DNA of 64,000 bases from the NCBI GenBank assembly GCA_047495785.1, contig JBLDXI010000032.1:1054001-1118000 (forward strand). The letters run 5' to 3'. This DNA comes from Lepidodermella squamata (taxonomy: Eukaryota > Animalia > Gastrotricha). Under the pieces are notes generated by a model. That model saw only the letters and a list, made by a program, of their open reading frames with translations, was not told the origin of the DNA and did no database searches. Position numbers and translations under genes: made by a program. Positions 43,674-55,660 of the stretch are shown piece by piece. Position 1 is the first letter of the stretch; every line of letters begins with the position of its first letter.

Positions 43674-45196
43674 GAGTAACACTGCAAACGGTGACGTGTA
43701 ATAGAGTGAACAGCTCTAACTTCGGACAGTGCTCAAATTCGGACGTCCAAAATTGGAGCCATCGCGTTGCTCAGTTTGCGGCGATTAAAACACTATAATT
43801 AAACTCTTTACGCGCTTTATTTTGCGACGCAACAATGATTGATGAATCAAAACTGAAAAATAAAAATACGTATTTTCATTTTCGTGATGTTAGGTAATTC
43901 AAGCTATTGCTTTCAACTTGAAAATTCAACTGAAATCAAGTTGGTAATGATGCAAAATGATACAAATTTGATTACTAAATTCGGTAAACCCAGATTTCCG
44001 GCCGCTTTTGCCTTGTTCTTGGCGGACACCAGAGGTCCGCATGTCTATCACTTGCATTTCACGTGGGACTCATTCCAAGGCAATAATTTGGGGTTTTCAA
44101 AGATGTTAGCCGTTTTACAGAAAAATTGGCTGCATCAGTTAAATTGACTTCAAGAAGTATTAAAATCTAAAAATTCCTGTCAGACCTAACCTATTCTATA
44201 GTTCATAGTTCAGGTTTCATCATTTCACAATTCTGTGAAGCTTTTTAAGTCAGTTTGCATCTTTTGGGCTTTGAGGCGTCTTTTTAACAACTTTCAAAGC
44301 GGGAAAATGATAACTTAATTTTAATCTCATTTGAAGCAGAAAATAACCAAATTTTTTTAACAGCTAGCGAAAATCGTTTGAGGACCACTGACTAAAGTTA
44401 CCATAGTGTGCACAAGACCGAAGTCACTTACACATCTGGACCATTTCTGGACGACCATTCCTTTCGACGAAATTCCCGCCGCTGGCTCAACCGACGGGGT
44501 CAGTGAAAGATAACGATTCGAGCAGGAAATCAGAAAGGAGCACCGAAGTCCGTCGCCCCACTTTGAAATCTGCAGCACACGCGCGCAGCACAATTCTTAA
44601 TCCCGCGCTCAATTTTAAGGTGTGCAGCCCAAATGTGTACTTTTCTCTATTCCTCCAAAGCGCTTATGGCACAGCGTTTCGCCGCGACATCTCAGTGGCA
44701 GGGTTCGATTCCAGAGTGCAAATTTTTCAAAAATGCGATTGCGAGAAGTAACTTTTTACAAGTATTGTCGCTGGGGCAGTGTTCGAAGCACAAGCACAAG
44801 CGGATGGGCAGTGTTCGATGAGCCAGGCGAACAATATTTTTCTATCACGTATTTTTTTAATTTCGACCGGCGGCGGCCGGCTGGTTTTCTATTGCTAGGC
44901 CCCGCCAGCGCAAAACAGGGTCAACGGTCAGTTCTAGAAAATGAATGTTTTTTATGCCAATTTAATCATCTATCGATTGAATATAGGGTTCTCGCTCGAA
45001 AAATTGAAAGGGAAAAAGTTTCACGCGCACTGAAAAATAAGGGCGGGTGACCTCACGCGAGCGCACCACCAAGTAAAATTATGCACGTAAAATTTTTGAT
45101 TCTCAAATTTCAATTGTAAGAAATTTATATTCAATCGATAGAGAATTTAATTGACGTCATTTTGAACTTCTGACATCTTTTGACTGGGATCGTTTA

Positions 45197-45520
45197 ATGG
45201 CTCATTTAAATGCCGATCTAACTTGGCTTAACGACAACGATCTGTTTCAAATGGATGCCGAAGTCGCAGTGAGTGATAGCCACAGTGATAGTCTGATATA
45301 TGGCTTGCAATAATACCAGTAGATACGCCTTGAATCCAACTTTTACATTAAATTCTCGTTAAATTTGGAATGAGCCAATTTCGAAAAATTATTTTGAAAT
45401 TTTTGGTGAGACTACATAAATCAGAGGCTTTAGGATAGTAGGATAGGTATTCACATAACCGCGATGTCGCATCGTTGTATGAACAACGAATCTTGATAGC
45501 GACTTTTCTTCAATTTGTTG
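45197..45520 (+). repeat. Orphan copy of HAT-like exon 1 plus start of intron 1 (MAHLNADLTWLNDNDLFQMDAEVA|GTGAGT), lacking the upstream leader
   Basis: Near-identical to 50071-50380 and similar to 55661-55980. Confidence 0.8.
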
Positions 45521-45740
45521 CTTTTAGTCCCAAGACACATGCGCGCCGTAAGTGCGCGCGTGCACAACTTTATCAATTTTAACCCCAGAAATGTGCGAAT
45601 TTCGCATCTGTTTTGTCAGATTTAAAGAATATCATTTCATCTGAAAAAATCGTCATCTATCGATATAAAATGTGCATGGTAGGTAAGGAAAATACGCAGA
45701 TTATGGCTAAATACGAAATACGAAAATACGAACGGGGACA

Positions 45741-48330
45741 GTGGTTGGACTCAGCGATCACTATGGGACAACCTTGGTAATCGAAGACGAAGGAAGCGAG
45801 AAATCTAATGTCAAGGATGTGCGCGTGTTTCGTGATCTTCGAAATATTGACTCAGACCGATTGAATAGCTGCCTAAAAGCAAAACTGGGAAAAATCGACG
45901 ACGACTTATCCGTTGAATGCGAGGCGTACTGGCTGAAACTGAAAACCGCAATTTTGGCCACAATTAACGAAGTCGTCCCGATGATTGTCAAAAAACCTGG
46001 TCGAGCAAACAAGCGAGTGCAGCCAATTATCGATCCTAATCTCTCGCGTCGCCAGCGGCAAAGACTACGGCGCAAGATTCGACGTGCCAAATACTACAAG
46101 CGAGTCAAAGAAGCTGGTCGAGATCCTCGGAAAATATGGCGAGTTATTGGCGAATTCCGACCGAAACCTAAATCTCGTGGTTCGTTTCAAGAACTGGACA
46201 AGGAGAAGTCGTTGATGAAAGCAAATGAATTCAACGTCTTCTTTGCGCACGCCGGTGAGAAGGTCGCCAAGGCGCTCTCAACTAGCCTCAACTATGTCAG
46301 ACGTCGCACAGGATATCAATGCTTCGACTTCAGATTTGTGTCTTTGATCGAAGTTGAGACGGCAATCGACAAGCTTTCTTACAAATCGACTACTGGTTAC
46401 GATGGCGTTCCGGAATGCATCGTGAAAATGGCTAAGTCAACCCTTTCGCCTCACTTTATGAGACTTTTCAACATGGGAATCTCTGAAAACGTTTTTCTTA
46501 GGGATTGGAAAGCATCAATCGTGACCCCTCTTCACAAGTCAGGAAATAGAACAGATGTCGCCAACTATCGCCCGATCTCTATCACATCGCCGGTTGCTCG
46601 AACGTTCGAACGATGCTTAGCTTTTCAACTAAAAGCTCATCTCTCTAAGTTTTGGTCGCCATCGCAGCATGGCTTCCGAGAAAAGCACTCAACTGACACT
46701 TGCGTAGTTCACTGAGGATTGGCGGCAATCTATGTGTAATGGCAAGGTTGTTGCTGCTGTTTCTATCGACTTATCGAAGGCTTTCGATACACTCAACCAC
46801 GCGGGCATTATCGAATCTTTTCGTAGCGCCGGCCTATCACCGTCGGCATTGCAACTGATAGAAAACTACCTTCAAGGTCGCCAACAAGCAACTAAGGTCA
46901 ACAACGAATTGTCTTCATTCGAATCGGTGAATCTCGGCGTTCCACAGGGATCCGTACTTGGACCCCTAATGTTTACGGTTTACGTCAACGAATTGTCAGC
47001 AGTTGTTACTCGCTGCAGAATAAAGCAATACGCCGACGATATCACAATTTACTTTTCAAGCAGAAATGTCAATGAATTACGATCAGTTCTACAGCAAGAG
47101 ATGAATCGTGTTTGCTCATGGCTCAGCAGCAACTCTTTGGCAGTTAATGGGAAAAAGTCGCAGTTTTTGCTTTTGAAATGTGCTATGCCATCCGCGCCGG
47201 ATTTTTCCATCACTATCGGCGACACAGTTATCGGACCATCAAACGTTATGATCACTCTGGGCTTCACCATTGACTGCAAACTTTCCTTCAAAAAACATAT
47301 CAAAGGTGCAAAGAGCAAGGCTCGACGGGGATTGTATGCCCTCAAACTAGCTGCGAAATTCGTCGACCGAAAAACTGCCATCATGATGGCCAATGGCTTG
47401 ATATTCAGCCATATCAATTACGGTGACCTAACCTTAGGTCAGGCAGCACCGACTACTCTAGCAAAGCTTCAGTCAACGGAAGATCGTGCCGTCCGAATCA
47501 TATGCGGCGCTCACTCACTCGCAGATGCGGAGCCTCTTCGCCATCGACTCGGCTGGGTCAACGTTCAACAGAAACACGCCATCCATTTGGCGACATTCAT
47601 CCACAATTGCCTGAATAAACAAGCACCGGCTGCGATTCAAACACTTTTCAAGCTGAACCCGGTCGGCAGCTACTCAACACGTAACACTGAGCCAATGTTC
47701 AAGCCGACGTATTTGTCAGTTCGTGGTACGTTGAGCCTTAGCTATCGCGGTCCCGATCTCTGGAATCAACTGCCTGCAGAAGCTCAAAATGCTGAGTCAG
47801 CTGAAGCGTGCCGCTCAAATGTTTATGCTTATTTTTACGAAAGAAATTCCACTGGTTTATGCCTATGATAAATTCGATACACTATATATTTTTATAATGC
47901 TGCGATGCTGCTTTGTTGTGATGTTATTATGATTTTGTTATTTTACTTAATTCTCATCATTGTTCAATCGCTCACTCTTGCTATATCGTTAGCGACGTTG
48001 AATAACTCGGAATTAAGCTTGTTTACCTCCGTTTCTTGGTGAGAGGTGACAAGTGAAAAGTCTGTTATTTTTGCCTCTTCATTTACGCAAAAAGCCGCTT
48101 TTTACTTGTCAACCGTAACTTTGAAACGGATGTAAACAACCCCAAATCCGAGTTATTCAACGACGCTACCGATATGCACTTAATAACATTTTTTATGTCA
48201 TCATTTGCCAATGTCCTATACCTCTGTAACCTGTCCTGCAATTATCTGTTTCATTTTCAATTCACTATTGTCAAGCTGCTCTCTCTTGGGCGTCATAGCT
48301 TTGAAATAAATAAATAAATAAATAAATAAA
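45741..48330 (+). mobile_element. 5'-truncated non-LTR retrotransposon (CR1/L2 group) ORF2 with one frameshift and a (TAAA)n tail
   Basis: End of the endonuclease domain (GLSDH); RT motifs WKASIVTPLHKSG, NYRPISIT, QHGFR, DLSKAFD, GVPQGSVLGP, QYADD; frameshift near 46710-46732; (TAAA)n at 48305-48330. Confidence 0.93.
47983..48175. mobile_element. MITE nested in the LINE 3' UTR
   Basis: ATATCGTTAGCGACGTTGAATAACTCGGA is mirrored by TCCGAGTTATTCAACGACGCTACCGATAT, with further internal palindromy. Confidence 0.8.
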
Positions 48331-48462
48331 TTACTTTAGGAAATATTAACCAGGCACGCTCACTCGCCCAAGTCAATACTGATGCGCACTGTTATCTATC
48401 GCTAATTTTACCGCGCGCGCAGTTGTCATAGAGTAACTTGAACTTTTTGTGTCGGTTTTTAT

Positions 48463-49380
48463 CAGGGTTGCACTATTCACAGATCGCGGTCAATTTATAC
48501 ATGTTTATACGTATAAACTGTTTAAACGTGTAAAAATATATGTTTAAACACTGCATATAAATAATAAGACTAAGGCTCAGATTTCGACGCCTAGCCAAGC
48601 ACCATATTTTTGTTTTCTTACAACAGGACTCACTGCTATCGTAAAACAGATATCACCATTGAATTCCTCGTCAAAAGTTACCCCAGAACGAGTCAAGATA
48701 ACGATTAGCAGCATGTTTCTTAGCTGCCACAGTTAGGTACCTATGATGCAAACCCGCGAGGCAAACGGAATCTAAAGGCGTGATTGCGAAACAATTTTAC
48801 GGTTAGCTGAGCTCTTGCCAACAAAGAAAGTTAACAAAGAAAATGGAAAGGGCCCCGCCGGATCGAATGGCTTTCGCAGAATTCATACCCATCGTCGTTT
48901 CCGAGATAGGATCACTTCCGGTCCAGATTACTTTATTGCAGTAATAAATAATTGATAATTGCCCTAAAGTCTTTTTGCTAGTCGTTTTCTATGACTTATC
49001 TAGGGTAACTTTTGACCAGGAATTCAATGGCGATATCTGTTTTACTATTGCAGTAACCTTAGATTCAGAAAAAGATGCTGATGAAGCTCAAGCACGTTGG
49101 GAACCCTTGTTCATCCTGCGTATATCCCATTACCCAAAAGTCATCTAATACACAATCTGAATACATGTATTATATAGTATAAATCTCGATATGTGATAAG
49201 TTTACAAAATGACGAAATTCCCTCAACTTTCACCTTAGTTTCCTTGTTTTAGTGGTCAAAACCTGCTACGTTTCTGCACCCGTATTTATACATTTTCACA
49301 TGGCACCAAAACTTTATACTGTTTAATCATGTGTTTAAACACGTGTGTTTTTACAGACTGTTTATACAAGTGCAACTCTG
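48463..49380. mobile_element. Non-autonomous hAT-type element with 8-bp TSD and an internal foldback (48632-49054)
   Basis: GTTTTTAT|CAGGGTTGCACT ... AGTGCAACTCTG|GTTTTTAT; internal arms ACTGCTATCGTAAAACAGATATCACCATTGAATTCCT / AGGAATTCAATGGCGATATCTGTTTTACTATTGCAGT. Confidence 0.88.
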
Positions 49381-49969
49381 GTTTTTATGCCAATTTAATC
49401 ATCTATCGATTGAATATAGGAAGCAAACGCTCTCTGACATGAAGTTTGGCATCCAAAATCGTCGTGATAGTCATGGCGCACTGCCAAAAGCCGGAAATAA
49501 TCTTTAAGCTACCAGCTAGAGTTGTCAGCGAATAGATGACGGCGAGAACCCCTTCAAGTTGGCAAGTTACCCGTCAACTGGGGTGACTTTGACGGTGGGG
49601 TCCCTTTGCCCTGCGAAAATGGGGTGACTTTAGCATAGCAATTCTTCAGGAGAAGCAAAAAAAGAAATCTGAGTTGGAATCTGAGGTGGGGCAAATTAGG
49701 ATGCAGACTCTCAAAGTTTTCAAAGCCCTGTTTTTTGAGGAAAATTTTACGATACAGCTTTGAAATTTATATGGTTGAATAGAGCGTGAGCTACTGCCTT
49801 TTATGACTACAGCCGATGAAAACTCTTTTTGCAACGCCAGGATATAGTGAGGGTCAAAACTGGGAAATTGCCTTGAAAATGTGCTTAAGGAATTTTTTGC
49901 GGAAAATTCTAATAATTTCGGCAGTATTGAAATGGCTTGAGTGTCCAGTCTCTTATTATTTGTCTATGA

Positions 49970-50500
49970 TTACATATAACCTCTCACTTTGCAGTAAGTT
50001 ATTTTATTTCTTATTTGTGGAAGGAAAATTATTACAACGGCAAAGCATCAGAGGCGAAAGTCTGTTTATGATGGCTCATTTAAATGCCGATCTAACGTGG
50101 CTTAACGACAACGATCTGTTTCAAATGGATGCCAAAGTCGCAGTGAGTGATATAGCCATTGTGATAGTCTGATATCTGACTTGCAATAATACCAGTAGAT
50201 ACGCCTTAAATCCAACTTTTACATTAAATTCTCGTTAAATTTGGAATGAGCCAATTTCGAAAAATTATTTTGAAATTTTCGGTGAGACTACATAAATCAG
50301 AGGCTTTAGGATAGTAGGATAGGTATTCACATAACCGCGATGTCAACGAATCTTGATAGCGACTTTCTTCAATTTGTTGTTAGTTTGATGTTATTATCAG
50401 AACAAATTTACCGAGTGTCTGATCTATAACTTTGTTTTCTCCTGCTAAACTTTTCCTGTCCCAAATCTCAAACTGTCCTAATATTATGTGTTGCTTTTTT
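49970..50500 (+). repeat. Orphan copy of HAT-like leader, exon 1 (50071-50142) and start of intron 1
   Basis: ATTACATATAACCTCTC...ATTACAACGGCAAAGCATCA...ATGATGGCTCATTTA...GTCGCA|GTGAGT matches 55560-56070. Confidence 0.8.
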
Positions 50501-50910
50501 GGGGTCGCTTGTTGGGGTGTCTTCAGTCGGACAGCTCGGTAGCGAATATTAGCGCAGTTAAATGTTATCCGGAATTAATCGAAATTTCAAAAAATTTTAT
50601 TGGTTTAATTTTTATCTCAGTTTTTCCCGCACGGCTATTTATAAATAACGATGAGTCGTACCGAAAGAGAATTCGATCGTTAGATAGCCCGTAAAATTTA
50701 GCACTAGGAAAGGCAGTTAATTCTGCCAGGATGCTTACTTATTATTGTCGCTAAAAATTGACAAGTACTGCGAAATTGAAAAAATTTCAAGTTTTAAGGT
50801 GGATCGAAACAAGTTTTATCGCGCCTATTATAACCAAAAAACTGCGAGGGCTACGACAATGAGCTTAGTCTCGTTCGTTTCGTCTTGAAGCAGCAGTCTT
50901 GAAGTTTGAA

Positions 50911-50988
50911 GCAGCGGCTGAAAATGCGGTGAAAAATCCCGCCGACCCGACTATGGAGAATCACACATGAAGCTAACCGGGTCGATTT
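50911..50988 (+). pseudogene. Displaced PPAN coding fragment
   Basis: Matches 38130-38205 (GCAGCGGCTGAAAATGCGG...CCCGACTATGGAGAATCAC...ATGAAGCTAACCGGGTCGATTT) with a few substitutions and a 2-nt insertion. Confidence 0.85.
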
Positions 50989-51402
50989 ACCGTTGTTTGT
51001 GGCGAAAAGGGCACTTGGGGCGATTTGGCCGAAAATTGAAGTCATCACATTACTTTTAATAGCTCATAGATCTCTGAAAAAATTGGTGCAGATAATCTTC
51101 AACAGACTCCCTACACCTGTAAAAAATGTTCAGCCATTGATGTCCCAAAATGAGGTCACGGCAACCCAGTATTTACAGGTAAGTTTAGGCGAGTAAAAAC
51201 GACCCATATGAATTGAATTATCTGTAACCAATCGAAAGGCTTTGAGTTCAGATGACATTTTTTCCCTCCACCATTTCCTTTGGTGATAACAAGGAAAAAA
51301 ACCGCGACTCGAGGCTCGAGGCGATGCACAGGTATGGCCAGGTAATTGCGCCCAAAGTGCCCCATGGTAAAATCAAATAATGGGGCGAATTGGTCTTTTG
51401 AC

Positions 51403-51436
51403 AAGGCCGAGGATGAGGCCGGCAGCGAGCCGGAGG
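51403..51436 (+). pseudogene. Second displaced PPAN coding fragment
   Basis: AAGGCCGAGGATGAGGCCGGCAGCGAGCCGGAGG matches 38835-38868 with one mismatch. Confidence 0.8.
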
Positions 51437-52767
51437 CTAATGTCGGCCTACGGTGCAAATTTGATGAAATTAATATTGCTGGAAAGCCCGGGATGTGCTG
51501 CGTCCAAATATATGGTCTGTAGTTAGGTCAGAGCTACTTGGACAGGTGAACAAATTCATCAAAAGTGACCAAAAACGCAAAAATGCCATAAAAATGGCAT
51601 TTTCTGACACTTTGAGCGATTATTAGGGGCACAGCAGACTCGAGTTCCTAAAATATTTTTAGATCAAAATGAGCGTCTCAACGAGAAGAATCTTATTATG
51701 CAAGAAAAAATTAGGAAGTCAGGTCTGCTGGGGGTCAAATAGAGAAAAAACCGATTTGCGAAAATCGCATGCTTTTCATTGAAATTTGAGGTTTTAAGAT
51801 AGTTTTTATTGCACGACGTTTCGAAATCAATACAGATTTCATCATCAGGTGAATTGAGTTTGAAAGTAAACAGAGTTTTTTCAGAAAAGATAAGTGACCA
51901 TTTTAAGATGGAAATTTTCAAATATACAATTTTTTTCCGCACCATTAAAATAATAAAAATAAAAAAACCGGTGATGAGTGGTGACTCATCATGGGTGAAT
52001 CTTCATGCATTTGATTGGGATAAAAAAATGGGCGACGTTAAACTAGTTCATGATTTACTGCAGCTGAGTTAGTAATTTTTTCTCACTGGATTCAATTAAA
52101 ATCTTTTAACATACAATATAATCTATCAAATATATAATGAAAGCAATTATTTTTCTTAAGGTCGGGCGCGAAAATTAGATGGAAACAAGCAGCGTTGCCG
52201 GCGCCGGGCAAACGGCGGTTCCTAATTTTGCCGAAGGCTGCCAGTCTGGGTATGTTGCGAGTCGATGTGGCAATCGGTTTTACCAGACGCAGAATCACGA
52301 GCAGAATCCGAATCTGGGGCTAGATTTTTACTGGCCAACGTTTCAAGAGATTGGCGAGCCCGAAACCTCGGAATTTCAGGAGCGGAAATGGACAGACAAA
52401 CTCGCGAGCTAATACGAGTGAATCGAATGGATCGATGATAAATGCGACAGCGAGACCTTCTACGCCGGAATACTGAGACAAAATACATAGTGACTCGAAT
52501 TAACATTTTTCTCTATGGGTTATTCTGATACCTGGTTTGATTTGATTTGGAGCACTTGTTGACCGATGAAATCGTCTCCGTGAAGCTTTGGTTGTGCATT
52601 ACCTCACATGGTATCCAAATAAAAATTAAGAAATAAACATTTTGTGTTTTACTCGAAGAAAACAATTGAACACGACACTTGTTTGTGACTTTTGTGACTG
52701 ATGGACAAATAAATTTGAAATTTGAATTTGAAATTTGACACTCATTTTTCAACCTTTTCGCGGCATA

Positions 52768-53742
52768 GAGGTGCGGAATAGAGGTGCGGAAAAAGTGCCG
52801 AATGGATGCGGAACAGGTGCGGAACAGGTGCGGAACGAGTGCGGAATGAGTGCGGAACAAGTGCCGAGAAGGTGCGGAATAGTGCCGGATGAAGGGCGGA
52901 ATGAGGTGCCGAATTACCGTATTTGCCTGAAAATAAGCCCGGCTTATATTCGAGTACTATTTCAAAATTTGAGCGTTTTCAGCAAAATAAATTTAGAAGC
53001 CCGGGCTTCTAATATGGCCCCGGGCCTATAGCTAAATACTTTTCGTTTTTGGCAGAAAATATTCGGAAAATGAACTTGATTCAATATTCAAACATCTTCA
53101 TTCGTCATTTAAAAGGACCGCAGCCCATCGCTAGCAGGATAAAATCACATTGGAAAATATCAAATGATATCAGGCGGCATGTTTAACGGTTTGTAAAACG
53201 GTAACACAAACTTACATTCGTCGTCGAACCTACATTTTCTTGACGGCTTCCTTGCTAAATTTCGCGTCGTTTGATGTGAACATTTTGTAGGTTCGAGGAT
53301 GTCTTGACACTAAATTTTAGCCGCAAAGTTGCCAGATTTGTGTCGAAAATAGCGTTTTGCGCTTAGGCACACTTTTCAGGCACAATTTTTACACCTGCTC
53401 CAAAATGACCAGCCACATCTCTGACCACTAATTCTGAAACTTCAGACAGCTATCTTTCATTGAAAATTAGTTTCGCTCATTTTCAATCATAGGCCGATTT
53501 TGCCCCTTACCGGCCCTCGTCCGAGTTCCAGTTGAGGTTTTCAGTTGAATTAATTGAAAATACGTTCAAAATGATAATATTTACTGCATTAATGTCAATA
53601 TATCGCCTCAGCTTTTGATTTCGATTTTGGTACCGAAATTAAGGCCCATCCCGTTATAGAAGTCCGTGGGCTTGTGTTTGAGACCGGGCTTTTTTTCAGG
53701 CAAATACGGTAGTGCCGAATTTGGTGCCGAATGAAGTGCGGA
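52768..53742. repeat. ~11-bp minisatellite (GTGCGGAAnnn), 52768-52914 and 53712-53742, split by a transposon
   Basis: Tandem GTGCGGAA/GTGCCGAA units lie on both sides of the 52917-53709 insertion. Confidence 0.85.
52917..53709. mobile_element. Non-autonomous Tc1/mariner-superfamily element (Tc2/pogo-like CCGTA termini), TA TSD
   Basis: TA|CCGTATTTGCCTGAAAATAAGCCCGG ... CCGGGCTTTTTTTCAGGCAAATACGG|TA. Confidence 0.88.
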
Positions 53743-54399
53743 AGAATTGGAAAAGTCGAAATCAGCAACGACCAGGAAGTTCGTCATTGAAATCAAGGTA
53801 CGAGCTCGTTGTGTGAATTCTCGGTGTTAGATAAGGTGCTAGTAGAACCAGCATAACCGGCATCGCGCCAGTCACATAAAAAATCAACGCCTTGAATAGA
53901 CACTTGAGTGACCTCGATAACGCCGACTCGTTCGCAGCCATATTTGACTCCATCGATTGAAGGGGAAAATGGTTTCTCCGAAAATTTGCCGTAAACCCCA
54001 ACTGCACTACAACCATACCGTGAAACATCTGAAGATCCTAAGATAAGTTTCACGCAGTTCTTCTGAAGACGAGGATTCTCGAAATCGCGCTTTCTTCGGC
54101 ATCGGGAACAGTGCCAGTCAAAAAGACCGACATAACCAGCATCGCGCCAGTCACATTGGAGTTCGATGTTTCGGAGAGACACGAACGAGAAATCGTTTCC
54201 AGTAGGCCCACGTTGGAACTCATCCTCGAAACCATTTGCCAGGTCGATCGTAGCGTGATTACCATAGATGATGTTTGAACAAGAAGAGGCTACTAAACCA
54301 AGATACTTGCTAAACGAATAGTTGACGCAGCATTCACCCATCGACCCCATTCACCCAGGTTGCTGGCCAAAGCGGCAACCAGTAATCCAGCGATTGGGT

Positions 54400-55246
54400 G
54401 AATGCTGGCGAAATGCCTAGCGAAAGCTGCCAGCTGTTTTGGTGCTCTTAACAAGCTGATGTGTAACAGAAAACATATAAGCCTAGCCACAAAATTGAAA
54501 GTTTTAAAATGTCTGGTAATTCCTCTACCCTCACCTACGCCTGTGAAACCTGGAACCTAACTACTAAGCAGGAACAAAGGTTAAATGTCACTTTCGTGCG
54601 CTGGCTCAGAACCATTATGGGATTTTTTAGAACAGATTATATACCTAACATCGATATTAGATTGATCTGTGACGTTTTGGAATGTAACTTTGGAATTAAG
54701 TAAAATGATTGAAAAGCATCGTTTGAAATATTTTGGGCACATTATTCGCCAAGACGAGTATGACACTGAAAGTCTCACGAATGCCATATATCATTGGAAA
54801 GTGGTCGACCCGAGTTGGTACTTGCCTCGCGGTAAACCGCCAACCCGCTGGACCGATAGCTTGAAAAGGAGTCTTCTTAAAATTGGTTTGTTCGATATTC
54901 ATGTGAAATATATTAAAAACCCAAATGAGCCAGTTAGACGCGGGAGACCTCGTAAGTCGACCCTGTTAATGCGGCGCACTGAAATTCACAAAATTGCGGA
55001 TCTAGAATTAGCGGAAATAACTGCCAGAGATCGGGATGAATGGCAATTAGTGTGCAATAGCATCGAAAATTATGAATTTTTGGGCTAAAGCAGGTTGTTC
55101 GCGACCGATCTGTCGGCCCCTGAAGCCGATCGCCTGTCGTCAGCCGTCCCCTAAACCCTCTCGGGTAAGGCCTTTTTTCTACTCTCTAATATTAACATCA
55201 CATGCCTACGGAGGACGAAAAATAAAACTGATTCATTCATTCATTC
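54400..55246 (+). mobile_element. Degenerate 3' fragment of an RTE-clade LINE with (ATTC)n tail
   Basis: AKAASCFGALNKLM...ISLATKLKV, LTYACETWNLT, RWLRTIMG, HRLKYFGHIIR and RGKPPTRWTD across two frameshifts; (ATTC)4 at 55231-55246. Confidence 0.85.
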
Positions 55247-55660
55247 CTCTCCATCTAATTAATCAGCAAAAAATAACCGACCAGCACCGCATAGCAAGCG
55301 AAGAAAAAACACGGCTGGGATTCATCATTGAATTCACTATGCAAAACACCACCCACAATGCTCTATCCTATATCGGTTGTATTGCATGCCAGCGGACGGG
55401 TCCAGGCTCCAGGCTTGGAATACCATGTTTTCTACGAATTCCATCAATTTTTTTCTCGCTCTACGTAATCAAAAATGCACACGATCGCTGAGGCCTTTCG
55501 CTCAGACCGCGTGTCACTTTTGGGTGGTACTTATACTTGCCATTTATGCCATTTATTCATTACATATAACCTCTCTCACTTTGCAGTAAATTATTTATTT
55601 CTGATTCGTGGAAGAAAAATTATTGCAACGGCAAAGCATCACAGGAGAAATTCTGTTATG

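Noticed and set aside
52320-52440. Death-domain-like peptide (LLANVSRDWRARNLGISGAEMDR) in an unannotated frame
   Set aside because: Short, flanked by stops and missing residues; the resemblance is too weak without a profile search.
52768-52914. CRISPR-like array (also considered for 61617-61930)
   Set aside because: Units are short and degenerate with no unique ~30-nt spacers, there are no cas genes, and the context is eukaryotic.
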